Assembly (NCBI GenBank): GCA_002269645.1
Contig: NIVC01002404.1
Location: 1 to 64,000 of the forward strand
Direction: 5' to 3'
Source: Macrostomum lignano
Lineage: Eukaryota
Length of the DNA stretch: 64,000 nucleotides
The notes beneath the pieces are model-generated. The model made no database searches. It was given only the letters and a program-made list of their open reading frames with translations, and was not told the origin of the DNA. Positions 23,326 through 35,340 of the stretch are shown here, one piece after another (position 1 is the first letter of the stretch; each line of letters opens with the position of its first letter). Made by a program: the position numbers and the translations under genes.

Positions 23326-23939
23326 CTTGAATCATTTTTGCGTTGTTTTTTTTGTTTCTCGTATTTACGGAAAAATGAACTAGATTGCCTTACAATCCTA
23401 CTAGTCAGAGGCCAGTCAGTAGTGTAGTTAGGAAATCCACCTAGAATTAAAGTTTTCATTAATCTACAAAATAATAGATTTTAACGTTAAAATTCACACG
23501 ATCCTACTATAAATAGATAGATAGTGCCTACTACATACTACTAAAAACTGGATTTTCAGTAGTGCAAATAGCTTGTTTATCCAACGAAGAATAATAATCT
23601 ACCAAAAATATAAAAATGTGTTGAAAAGAGTTTTAGAAACAAATGACAGAACCAAAAGATATTAATAGCAAATTTTCTCTCAGTAATTTGAGTCGGTTGA
23701 ATTGAAGTGCTCTAGCAGTTCAGACAGGATCGCAAGCCAAACTGTCTGATACTCGTGAATAGAATATATTTTTACAACCAATTTGTCATCTCGATCATTA
23801 TTAGCCAATGCAATAAAAAACGCACCGCATTAGAAATTAATGACAACAATGGCTAGGGAAACGTGCTTTAGCAAATGCAGATTCGCACAATATTACGAAC
23901 AGATGACGTCTATAAGCAGTATTGAACTTAGTCCTTCAA

Positions 23940-25700
23940 CTCAGTACTGAGTGCTGAGTGGGCGGCCATTTCCCAGAGACTCAGTGCAGACTGTGGAGAT
24001 TTCTAAGTGATTCAGTGCTGAGTGGGGAGATTTCCTAGAGACTCAGTGCTGAGTGGAAATATTTCCCAGTGACTCAGTGCTAAGTAAAATTTCCCAGTGA
24101 CTCAGCGCTGAATAGCAGATTTCCCAGTGCCTCAGTGCTGAATAGGATATTTCTCAGAGACTCAGTGCTGAGTGGAGAGATTTCCCAGTGACTCAGTGCT
24201 AAGTAAAATTTCCCAGTGACTCAGCGCTGAATAGCAGATTTCCCAGTGCCTCAGTGCTGAATAGGATATTTCTCAGAGACTCAGTGCTGAGTGGAGAGAT
24301 TTCCCAGTGACTCAGTGCTGAATAGCAGATTTCCCAGTGACTCAGTGCTAAATAGGATATTTCTCAGAGACTCAGTGCTGAGTGGAGAGATTTCCCAGTG
24401 ACTCATGGAGAGATTTCCCAGTGACTCAGTGCTGAATAGCAGATTTCCAGTGCCTCAGTGCTGAGAGGGGAGATTTCCCAGTGACTCATGGAGAGATTTC
24501 CCAGTGACTCAGTGCTGAGAGGGGAGATTTCCCAGTGACTCAGTGCTGAGAGGGGAGATTTCCCAGTGACTCAGTGCTGAGAGGGGAGATTTCCCAGTGA
24601 CTCATGGAGAGATTTCACAGTGACTCAGTGCTGAGAAGGGAGATTTCCCAGTGACTCAGTGCTGAATAGGAGATTTCCCAGTGACTCAGTGCTGAGTGGA
24701 GAGATTTCCCAGAGACTCATGGAGAGATTTCCCAGTGACTCAGTGCTGAATAGCAGATTTCCAGTGCCTCAGTGCTGAGAGGGGAGATTTCCCAGTGACT
24801 CATGGAGAGATTTCCCAGTGACCCAGTGCTGAGAGGGGAGATTTCCCAGTGACTCAGTGCTGAATAGCAGATTTCCAGTGCCTCAGTGCTGAGAGGGGAG
24901 ATTTCCCAGTGACTCATGGAGAGATTTCCCAGTGACTCAGTGCTGAGAGGGGAGATTTCCCAGTGACTTAGTGCTGAGAGGGGAGATTTCCCAGTGACTC
25001 AGTGCTGAGAGGGGAGATTTCCCAGTGACTCAGTGCTGAGAGGGGAGATTTCCCAGTGACTCAGTGCTGAGAGGGGAGATTTCCCAGTGACTCAGTGCTG
25101 AGAGGGGAGATTTCCCAGTGACTCATGGAGAGATTTCACAGTGACTCAGTGCTGAGAAGGGAGATTTCCCAGTGACTCAGCGCTGAATAGCAGATTTCCC
25201 AGTGCCTCAGTGCTGAATAGGATATTTCTCAGAGACTCAGTGCTGAGTGGAGAGATATCCCAGTGACTCAGTGCTGAGAAGGGAGATTTCCCAGTGACTC
25301 AGTGCTGAATAGCAGATTTCCAGTGCCTCAGTGCTGAGAGGGGAGATTTCCCAGTGACTCATGGAGAGATTTCCCAGTGACTCAGTGCTGAGAGGGGAGA
25401 TTTCCCAGTGACTCATGGAGAGATTTCTTAGTGACTCAGTGCTGAGAGGGGAGATTTCCCAGTGACTCAGTGCTGAGAGGGGAGATTTCCCAGTGACTCA
25501 TGGAGAGATTTCCCAGTGACTCAATGCTGAGAGGGGAGATTTCCCAGTGACTCATGGAGAGATTTCCCAGTGACTCAGTGCTGAGTGGAGAGATTTCCCA
25601 GAGACTCATGGAGAGATTTCACAGGGACTCAGTGCTGAGAGGGGAGATTTCCCAGTGACTCATGGAGAGATTTCCCAGTGACTCAGTGCTGAGTGGAAGG
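23940..25700. repeat. Composite ~20/31-bp satellite (GAGATTTCCCAGTGACTCAGTGCTGAGAGGG and GAGATTTCCCAGTGACTCATGGA variants) between DCAF13 and ELAC1
   Basis: Tandem variant units over ~1.75 kb. Confidence 0.92.
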
Positions 25701-25771
25701 TTTTCCAGAGACCTAATTTGAAAAAATGCCACTAATCCCTTAGAATCTGTCATTGAGTTTGCATCATTGAT

Positions 25772-27908
25772 TTACTCGTCGACCCCTCGAACGTGTCGAT
25801 CTCTCTCAGGCACGAATGGCTCCTTGTCCTCGCCGCGGTGCTCGCGCCTGTTCACCTCCTTCCGGCGCTGCTTGCCGCGTATCGCTTTCATTTCTAACTG
25901 GGCCTGGTACAGCCGCTTGGGCAGGTGCCTGTGCTGTACAATCCGCCTCACCTGCGGATGGTGCGCGTATTTCTGTTTCAAAGCCTCGGCTGTATTGACT
26001 GCCGCCCGTTCGCGCGGCGTCGACGCGCCTAACTTCTCGGAGGCGCGCGCTTTCCATAGGCGCAAATTGAAATCTGCGCTAGCCGTGACAATGAACCGAG
26101 CGTCTAGGCTGTAGCGAGCGGCGAACACTCGGTACATTCGCTTGGTGTGATAGACGTCGCGGGACTGGCTCCGGCCGGACTCCCACAGGCGCACGGTGCA
26201 ATCGTAGCTAGCCGAGACCAGCTCTCGGCCAGTTGGCGCAAAATCGACGTCCATGGCTGCGTTGGTGTGGCCGCGGTAAACGCATGCCGGCGAAGCCAGC
26301 CGGCGAGCGTCCCAAGAGTACAGATTGTAGTCGTCTGAAGCTGTTGCCAGCACGAACGGCTCCTGGGTATTGGAATCGGCTTTGAGAGTTGCAGAATGTC
26401 ACTGTGGAGTGTGACTATCTGATGTGACCGTGGAATGTGACTGTCTATCTGATGTGACCGTGGAATGTGACTGTCTATCTGATGTGACCGTGGAATGTGA
26501 CTGTCTGTTTGATGTGACCTTAAAATACAATTACCTGTTAAATGTGACCCTGAGTGTGACCATATAATGTGAGCGTGGTGTGTGACTGTCTGTCTGTTGT
26601 GACCATGGAATGTGACAGCGGTGTAACTGGTTCCCAAGCACTACGCAGCAACCTTAGCAACCAACCCAACCCACCTGGGGGTTCCAGCACAGCGCATTCT
26701 GCCGGAACTCGCAACGGATTCGCCTCAACGGCTCCCTCTGCCGGGTGTCAATCAGCAACAGCGCGTTGTCCTTAGTAATGGCCGCCAGCAGGTGCCACTC
26801 GGTAGGATTGAATCGAGCCTGCAGCACGGAGTCCGAGCCCCATTTCCATTGGCCAACGGGATCAGAGCGCCTGCTATCGTATAAGTACACAGCGTCACCG
26901 GACAGTGCGAACAGGTCCTTGCTGACGTGGTGGTCCAGATTCAGGGGAGCGAAGTCCAGATGCCGCTGGCTGACTGGCCGGCTGAATTCGGTGAGGTCGT
27001 CGCCGACGCGCCAAGCCTTCAAGGTGCGGTCGGTGTCGCAGCAGGAATAGAACAGGTCCTGCTCGGGGTGCCAGCACAGGCCCTGCGAGTTGGTTGGTGG
27101 TTTAAGGAAGTAAGTGTTTGTTATGGACAGCTTAATAGCCTTTAGACACGGTTAAAACAGATAGCTGTTAGATACGGATAGCTGTTAGATACGGATAGCT
27201 GCTAGACACACGGAGAGCAGTTAGACAAATGGATAGCTGTTACACATGGATAGCTGTTAGACACGGATGGTTGTTAGACACACGGATAGCTGTTAGACAC
27301 ACGGATAGCTGTTAGACACACGGATAGCTGTTAGATACACGGATAGCTGTTAGACACACGGACAGCTGTTAGATACACGGATAGCTGTTAGAGAAAGATA
27401 GCTGTTAGACACAGATAGCTGTTAGAGAAAGATGGCTGTTAGAGAAAGATAGCTTTTAGACACGGATAGCTGTTAGACACGGATAGCTGTTAGACACGGA
27501 TAGCTGTTAGACACAGTAGTCGGTTAGGTGCTACAAAGAGGTAACTGTAGACTATAGCAGAGCACCCACCTGCACGCATCCGGAGTGCGCATCCAGCTGC
27601 AGCACGCGGCTCCGCCTGGGAATATTCCAGAAGGCCACCCGCCCGTCAACGCAGCCGCTGAGGCACAGACTGAGCGCTCGCGGATGCATGCACACGCGGC
27701 TAAGCTGGTCGCCCTGATCGCCGAAACAGCCGAGAAACGGTTTGGCAAACACCCTCTCCAGCTTGGCCGCGTTCAGTGCCCGAACATACTCAGTCTCGGC
27801 TGACATCGGGTGCAGCTCTGGCGCCGGGTTACGCGCCAATTTGTGAATATCGTCGGCTGTTTCGCGCAGATAATCCTGCGGATTGCGCAATAGCAGCTTC
27901 ACCTTCAT
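25772..27908 (-). CDS. DCAF13: DDB1- and CUL4-associated factor 13 (Sof1/WDSOF1, SSU processome); exons 27908-27570, 27082-26675, 26362-25772
   Basis: MKVKLLLRNPQDYLRET, EYVRALNAAKLERVFAKPF, WNPQ|EPFVLATASDDYNLY, MDVDFAPTGRELVS, YHTKRMYRVF, LRLWKARASEKLG, RHLPK. Junctions are GT-AG, phase 0. Confidence 0.96.
26405..26530. repeat. 30-bp tandem repeat (CTATCTGATGTGACCGTGGAATGTGACTGT) in DCAF13 intron 2
   Basis: Three to four copies. Confidence 0.85.
27150..27505. repeat. 16-18-bp minisatellite (ACACGGATAGCTGTTAG) in DCAF13 intron 1
   Basis: About 20 variant copies. Confidence 0.9.
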
Positions 27909-30061
27909 TGGCCAGTGTGTGTCGAGCTGATCAATTAAGACAGGAAAAAGGCAAGGCACTTGACTGCTGCAAGAGAGAAACAAAGATTGTGAAAATTGGT
28001 TAGTTTTACTTTTCTAACATTGTGATTACTACTGTAAGCAGTACACAGGGCTTGAACCTGAGATGTTTAGTGGTACATATAAATGTCATGGCGTCCTGAT
28101 ATCATATTGAAAATAAGTATTTTTAGACGGATGCTAAAATACCGGTGTAAGTTGCCTCTCTTCCTCTCTAATTAAATTTTTTCCCTAAAAGATCTTGCCC
28201 ATGGAGCTAAAATATCACTAAAATATTATCAACAATGGACCAGCAATATCTTAGTACCTTATTAGTAGAATTAACTACTTTAGTAGATTGAAAAAATACA
28301 GATAGACAGACAGACCTTACAAGGGTTTTATATAGAAATTTGTCAGGACTGGCTCATTGTATTTCTACAAATTCATTTGTTAGGTAGCTACGCTCGTAGA
28401 AACTAGCAATTAAATTTCATGTTTAGTGAAGTTAATTGTCATAATTTCATATTAATATAACAATGAATATAGTCAAAATATAATGGATATAGTTAGTCTC
28501 ACTGATTGCAATAATATAAGAGCAAAAGAATGGGTATTTGTCACAGGATTTATAGTCATTGAATTGGATACAATAATTATAAGGCTACATAGCAACTAGC
28601 ATTTTTAACTAATTGAAAAAGTTGTTTACTAACAAGTATTCTATATTTCACTTTTGTATTATCTTTGGCTATTTAGCAAGGTTAGGTCCAAATAAACTAC
28701 AACTTAATTTTAGATCTAGTTAATAAAACATAAATTATATTACAAAGGGCTAAAGCTTAGTGAAAATATGAAACTATTTTAAGGTATTGAGACACCTAGT
28801 CCAATTAATAATAAATTAATTCACTAATGTCAAGTGTGACATTAGCTTAAGACACACAAAAGCTGTCACAATAAAACCTTCCCACTCACTATACTCACTA
28901 TCTCTTACAATAGAGTAAAAGTAAAATATTTTTTTTATATTGCTTTTGTTTTATAAGCTGCCAGTATAAGAAAAAATTCTTATTTTTTTATAAAAATATA
29001 CTTTATTATAAGACTCTTAAATGGCTTCTTTTTAAGAAACATATTTAAAATGGTGGTTTATAGAATCCATTTGTGTCTATATTAAAATGCCAAGTCTTAC
29101 CAACCTGTGTAGAGTGCATACCATTGCAAAAAATGGCACACCACATAAAAAGCTTAGTATAAATCAAGGTCAGAGGATAACAGTTAAGAGATTTGTTTGC
29201 GATTTGCAAGATTGAAATGTGCTCATATACAAATAATGCACAAAATGGCTTTATCAAAGTTACTCAAGGAAATGTAATCGCAAAGCCCATGTATTTTAGC
29301 TACAAAACATTTCAAAAGAAGTTTATAGTCAAAATTTGCTTGACTGGGTCCATCCTTATATGGTATAGCAAAACAGGTCATTAGAAAAAATTGCTACATT
29401 CACTACTGTTTTAAATAGTAGCCAAGAAGGTGTGACTAGAAAAACTATAGCTTCTACTTGTCTGGCTATAAGAATGATGGTGAATAGTTTTCAAGATTCA
29501 AGTTAAATAAGAGTAGGACAAGGAAATTCTGCACAATAGACAGCAATTGACTATAGCCATTGCTATAGTGGCTATATCTTGGTGCTCTACAGTTTGAAAC
29601 AGATAAAATGGTAGATCTGGCATTCAGAATGCGAGCAGCCTATATAAAAGCAGCCTATATAAAAAGACTAAAGGCTTATTCACACTGCAATCAAATTAGA
29701 GACCAAATTACACAACTCACTTGATCATACAGAATTGCTGAATTTTGAAATTAACAATTAAAATTTGAGCCAACTTACAAAATTTCTGATTTGATGACAA
29801 AAAGATAATCAAACAAAGGCCAGTTGATCAACAAAAGCATTGCACATTGACTGCCTTTTCTCTTACATAACACAGAGTGATGCAATGCACAAAACTCAAC
29901 TCAAACCTTTCTATTTGAGTAACCCTCCCCCTAGTCTGACTGCTGCATAGAAATTGATTGGTCAGCACATGAGTCAAGTTATTAACTTTTTTATTATTCT
30001 TGATCACCTGAGATTGAGTAGTGCAAGTAGCTAGTGCGAACACAAGGAACAAGCTTGTTAG

Positions 30062-30289
30062 TTGCCACTGGAGCCATTGGTATTGAAGGTTCAGGAGAAT
30101 CCTGTTTTGTACAACCTTGGCCACCCAAATTATCAAAATTCGAAGAAGAAGGACGAAATGTGGGAAAGCATTTTGCTTGCCTTGAAGGGTGAAGATAGAG
30201 CTAGAAGAGATGAACTGGAGCTCAAGAAGCTGTGGCAAGGAAGAAGCAGCATTTGTGATTGCTACAATTGTGAAAAGGCCAAATGTTGA
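30062..30289 (+). pseudogene. MADF/Myb-SANT-like DNA-binding ORF remnant (Harbinger accessory protein)
   Basis: LVLKVQENPVLYNLGHPNYQNSKKKDEMWESILLAL...ELKKLW fits the MADF pattern L...V...P.LW......Y.N...K...W..I...L...KK.W. Confidence 0.65.
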
Positions 30290-30900
30290 CAAACAGTCAA
30301 AAGCAGCGCAGGGAGCCAAGAAGTATATGACTCCAAGTGGCCAATGTTCAACTGTTGCAACTGCTGCAAGTCTGACATTATCCAGGTGTCCCAAGACATC
30401 TTAATGAAGCAAAAGGAATCATCTCCATGGAAAAAACATCAACTTGCAAGAAGCAGTTCTGATAGAAATTAATGCAAGTTGACAGATAAACAGCTGACCA
30501 AACTTCTAGTCAAGGCAAGTGAAGAGGCCAATGATGAAAATGCCTTGTTTGGTTGCATGTTTGCAGCAAAACTGGGGTGCCTGAGTTGTCCACAAAGCTC
30601 TTGAATGCAACTTAAAATCTTGGGACTGTTTGCATCTATTGACAAACTCGAAGAATGCCAAAATCAATAGCATTCAATCAATGGCCAGGATCCAATTGAA
30701 GTGGCAAGCCCTTGCTGCTAGCTATGACTACATTTGACTCCACAACTAAAGTAGTCTATTTAACAAAATACAATTGAAAAGACTTGTCAGTTAAATTTCA
30801 AGAGACTGGCAATAGTTGGAATAGTATTTTTCTTTGTTTTAAGTTCTTAAATATAGTATATTTTTAATTAGTAGAACATTTTTAATTAGTAGTTTCTTCA

Positions 30901-31033
30901 TTTTCTCAGAATTTGAATTTGCTATATCATTAACCCTGTTAACCCTAGTATGCAGTACATCTGCATATGCCCAGAATTTTGGGCAATATGCTAAATAGGG
31001 TTAATGATATAGCAAATTTGAATTCTGAGAAAA
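30901..31033. repeat. 133-bp hairpin: near-perfect 37-bp inverted repeat (small MITE-like)
   Basis: TTTTCTCAGAATTTGAATTTGCTATATCATTAACCCT (30901-30937) versus AGGGTTAATGATATAGCAAATTTGAATTCTGAGAAAA (30997-31033). Confidence 0.8.
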
Positions 31034-31449
31034 TTGTTCATTTTTGACCATTAGTCAAAAACACAAAAAAGAATAATACACTGCAATTAAATAGATACAT
31101 GCACAACAGTCAGCCGAGTTGGCCAATCTGGCTGACTGATTTGGTGACCAACCAAGGTAAGTTGCAAAAATGCCCACCCAAATAAATACCCAAGTAGTAC
31201 TAAGTAGATGACGAGGCATTTTCCTTTATTAAGACAGTTATAGTTACTCCTGCTGTTTACCCAAAATTGCGATAATTTTGCTTTAGGGTTTCTTTTACAT
31301 GTAAGTCAAATTTTTGGCCAAAAAACTACGTCGCATTATTGTTAAAACTAAGTTGCACGGCCGACCGAATTTTGGAGGTTGCACATGTATGTTAAATATC
31401 CAACCAACTTCAAAGTTCACAATTAAAAAAATATCAAAATTTATTCGTC

Positions 31450-32260
31450 ATTATCAAACATTGCTGCCTGCAACAATTGTTACGCAGCAATAGTGATTCT
31501 CATGGTCCCTAAGAGAAATATTTGAATTGTCACTCTCAATGAATACTTTGCATTTGCCATTGCCATGGCACAAAGTCCTCATCTGACATGAAAAATTCCA
31601 CAAACCAGGCTTGTGTGTCCTTTGCTGATCATAAGACATTGCCACACCAGCCATCAATATTGTTTGCAGCAAATGTACTTTGGACTACTTGCTGCGGCAG
31701 CTCTTGAGCAATTGGGGACTCCTGTCTGGAAGCCTCGTAGATCCGCACAAAATTATATAGCATGCAAGCCACCTTTACAACCCTTGCAGCTATTGTTGGG
31801 CTGAGCTGGATAGGTCTCTGGAAAATCTGCCACTTCTATGCCAGAATTCTAAAAGTGTTCTCAACAACTCTTCAGGCTTGACTCAGTTGGTAATTGAAGA
31901 TAGTCTTTTCATAACTCAGGTTTCAGCCTGGGAATGGTCTTATCAGGTAGTCCTATAGAGAAAAGCCTTATCTCCAATGAGCACATGTGGTATATCTCCA
32001 CCACTGACAGCTAACAACTTTGGTTCAGATCATGGAAATGTTCTAGATTCTAGTTGAATTCAAAACTTTGAATTATGGAATGACATGGTGTCATTTGACA
32101 AACTGCAATTTTTGATATCAACCATGAGAAAACAGTAGTCATGGTCTATAACAACTAGTAAAATTAGACTGAAGTAGCCCTTGTAGTCATGTTACTTATG
32201 TTTGGGTGCAACCTAGGGATTCACTTGGCCATTTCTATTGGCAACACATACATGTAAGTC
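31450..32260 (-). pseudogene. Degenerate PIF/Harbinger DDE transposase
   Basis: Reverse-strand translation gives DYKGYFSLILLVVID, LIGDKAF, FNYQLSQA*RVVENTFRILA*KWQIF, VVKVACMLYNF. These are the HARBI1/DDE_Tnp_4 motifs, with stops and frameshifts. Confidence 0.8.
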
Positions 32261-32344
32261 ACTATTGGACGGAATAGTAGTCACATGACTACCACTTCTA
32301 AGCATATCATTTTTACATAAAATCTTGTGTCTTATAGAAGTTAG

Positions 32345-33215
32345 AAGCCTGTCCTTATATTCACTTTTGTTATATGATCATTTAAATGGTAAATTTATAT
32401 GCAGATGATCCCAAGACGAAACCAAAAGAGCTTGTAGGTTTTGAATTATAATCACACTAGTAGTAGATTTGTATTAGAGAGATTGTATAACAAAATTGAC
32501 TGGATTACTGTGTCCTAAATTGAAATTGTCACTATAGAGCACTGAAATATAGGCGTACATAGTATATTTATGAAGGGCATAGCTTATATTCACTTTTGTC
32601 ATACGATCATTTAAATGGTAAAATTATATGTAAATGATTGCAAGATGAAACCGAAAGAGCTTATAGATTTTGACTTACGATCACACCAATAGTAAAATTG
32701 TATTGGAGAGATTATATGATGAAATGGTAGGAAATTGTCACTATAATAAACGTTTTAACCAAACAATCAATTGTAGCCTCTAATATGTCCACAGACATAT
32801 TAAATTATAAGATTCATTATAAGATTCGCAAGCATTTCCCCCCCCTCACTTTTGTCATACGATCACCCGTATGTATAACACATAGGTCCAATGAACTGGG
32901 GGGGATTGTATGACAAAAGTAAGGGGGTGGCACTTGCAAACCTTATAATCAATACAATTTAATTCTTGAACTGCTCAAAGGACTGGCTGTTTGACATGGA
33001 CTAGGACTCCTTGTCTATATAGTGACAATGATTACTTAATACAGCAATTTAGGACGTAGTAATCTATTTACTTTCGTCATACAATCCCTCTAATACAATT
33101 CTACTAATGCAGTAATAGTAATTCAAAACCTACAAGCTCTTTTGGGTTTGTCTTGCGATCATCTACATATAATTTCACCATTTAAATGATCATATAACAA
33201 AAATGAATATAAGCT
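32345..33215. mobile_element. Foldback-like element: two direct ~140-bp copies (~32350, ~32580), one inverted copy (~33075-33215) and an inner IR (~32810-32950)
   Basis: The shared unit TTATATTCACTTTTGTTATATGATCATTTAAATGGT...AAAAGAGCTTGTAGGTTTTGAATTA is seen in both orientations. Confidence 0.7.
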
Positions 33216-33465
33216 ACATGCTTTCATAACTGCTATACCCACGATCCTCAAGTTGACTAAAAAGCAAGTTGTAGTGATGAATTAGGTTGACTGGAAAGTG
33301 AGTTGCAATGATTTTTCTTAAAAAATATATGTGAAACATACTTTTTTGATAAAGTAGTGTCTTTTGACTCTTTTTTAATGGGGATTGTAAGATGAAACTT
33401 GACTTGCTTAGGGATTGTAAAATGAAAGAATGCCAGAAAAACTTGGCAAGCAATTTGCTTATAAG

Positions 33466-34197
33466 TGTACTAGTGCTATAGTATACTCGAATGTTCTTTC
33501 AATGTAATAACTGTATATTCGAATCTTTCTTAGAAACTGAATCTACGCGAACGCCAAATAATAGTTTGTTTTAATGCGCGAAATAAATTGGAGAATTATT
33601 TTTTGTTTTAATCGTATGTGGGGAAAATCACTATATATAGGAGCGGTTTTGCGACAAATATACGCCAACTGTCTTTTACTCGTGAGCAAATAATTGCGAA
33701 CAGAATAAGCAGTTCAATCTAAACCATTTCAAAGTCTTTGAGCTAAATAGCGACTTATTTATTTGCAAAACCTGTGAAACGATTCTAAGAAATTTGCTAA
33801 GAGAAGGGAATTGGGACTAATTCTTGGAGATATACCAAGAGAGGCGCCGTGACCCTCTAGTCTTGGTGAACGCCCGATTAGGACTATACACTAATACATA
33901 TACCAGTACTAGACCGCTCAGGCCATAAGCTACTAGAACGCTACCAGAAAGCAAGCCATAAGCTACCAGAAACGCTACTAAGAACGCTACCCAGAAATAT
34001 TTAAATGAAATTCTAAGAAATAGTTAGGGAGTAAAAGCAAGTATAATCAGGATAACTGTAGTTGGCAAATCGGTGGGATTAAAATTGATAAAGTAAGAGG
34101 TGAAAGGCCTGTAACAACTTTGGTGGCAGCTCGTAGGATATTTAATAAACACTAATAGTTAGAAGTTTAGAAAGACAGAGCCAAAAGGCCTGTCACA
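33466..34197 (+). repeat. LTR1 (732 bp)
   Basis: Begins TGTACTAG, ends TGTCACA; near-identical to LTR2 and LTR3; AATAAA near 34144. Confidence 0.95.
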
Positions 34198-34199
34198 GC

Positions 34200-34219
34200 T
34201 GGTGGCAGCGATAAGGATT
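34200..34219 (+). promoter_or_regulatory. Primer binding site, tRNA-Leu-like (also at 42097-42116)
   Basis: TGGTGGCAGCGATAAGGATT lies 2 nt after the LTR and resembles the complement of tRNA-Leu 3' ends (TGGTGGCAGCGGTGGGATT). Confidence 0.75.
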
Positions 34220-34298
34220 AGAGAAACGGCGCGAACTCTTAAAACTAGATTCAGAAGAATTCCGAAGAATAATTTGAAAAGTTTTTCATAGAGAGAAG

Positions 34299-35303
34299 AT
34301 GAATCAGAATCAGGCTAATGATGCCATCGCCATGCTGGCAGAAGAATTGCGAAACCGACTAGAGATAGGGCCGATGAGACACGTTAAGATTCAGAAATTC
34401 ACACCTACGCAAGACATTCGGATCTGGCTAACAGCCTTCGATCAGCGCTGTGAAGTAGAAGGGATAGATGAGGAACATAGGAAGCAGGAATTGCTAGCTA
34501 ATCTGGACCTGTCCACTGCATTCGCAGCGGTACAGCGCCTAAATCTGCCCGAGGATCTTGAATACGAAGAGTTCAAAGAGCGACTGATTGAGCGATTCGG
34601 AAGAATCGGTAGTTCCGCAGAATTCAGAGAGGAGTTTCGTGGAAGAATGCAAGGCAGAAATGAGCCTGTAGAGACTTTCGCAGACTGTTTGATCGAGCTG
34701 GCATCGCGTGCATTTCCGAATATGACGGTTGAGCAAAGGGAAGAAGAAATTGTTGAGCAATTCATCAAGGGAATCAGAATTCCGTCAGAGACCCGTGAGA
34801 AGCTAATCTTTGCGCAGCCAGGCAATTTACAAGAGGCTAGAAGAATGCTAAGAAGGATGGAGGCTGCGTGGAACATGTCTCACAAGAATGTCAACATGAG
34901 AATGGCCAAAGGCGAAGGCGAGAGTGAGCAGAAGGCAGATCAGGAAAAGCTTGAGGACATCATCAAGAAGCAGAGAGCAGAGTTAGAGCAACAGAAGAAG
35001 GCGATTGAGGAGCTGATGGAAGAGAAGAGAGCTAGCCGTCAGCAGTATCATCCGCAGAATCAATATCAAACGTACGCTCAGGTCGCTGGACCGCCGCAGC
35101 AGCCGAGATATCGGCCGCAGCAGCAGCAGCAGCAGCAGCCAGTATGGCGCGGTCAGCCTCAGTTCAACAGGCAGCCACAGCAACAGCAGCAGCCTCGAGC
35201 CTGCTACAATTGCGGGAAGCTTGGCCACATGGCGAGGAATTGCCAGAGCGCTAGGCCAAACGGTCAGCGAGTGATGGACTACCAGAAGCAGCAGGGAAAC
35301 TGA
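34299..35303 (+). CDS. gag: Gag (copy 1) with CCHC zinc knuckle
   Basis: 334 aa; retrotransposon capsid-like region, Q-rich linker, CYNCGKLGHMARNC. Confidence 0.93.
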   Translation: MNQNQANDAIAMLAEELRNRLEIGPMRHVKIQKFTPTQDIRIWLTAFDQRCEVEGIDEEHRKQELLANLDLSTAFAAVQRLNLPEDLEYEEFKERLIERFGRIGSSAEFREEFRGRMQGRNEPVETFADCLIELASRAFPNMTVEQREEEIVEQFIKGIRIPSETREKLIFAQPGNLQEARRMLRRMEAAWNMSHKNVNMRMAKGEGESEQKADQEKLEDIIKKQRAELEQQKKAIEELMEEKRASRQQYHPQNQYQTYAQVAGPPQQPRYRPQQQQQQQPVWRGQPQFNRQPQQQQQPRACYNCGKLGHMARNCQSARPNGQRVMDYQKQQGN

Positions 35304-35340
35304 GTAGCGAGGGCCGCTTTGCGAGGCCACGTCCCTCTAG
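35294..35340 (+). promoter_or_regulatory. Predicted -1 ribosomal frameshift signal (G GGA AAC plus downstream stem-loop); also at 43191-43237
   Basis: The heptamer immediately precedes the gag TGA. The pol frame is -1 and open with no stop from here to the ATG at 35486. A GAGGG...CCCTC hairpin follows. Confidence 0.8.
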
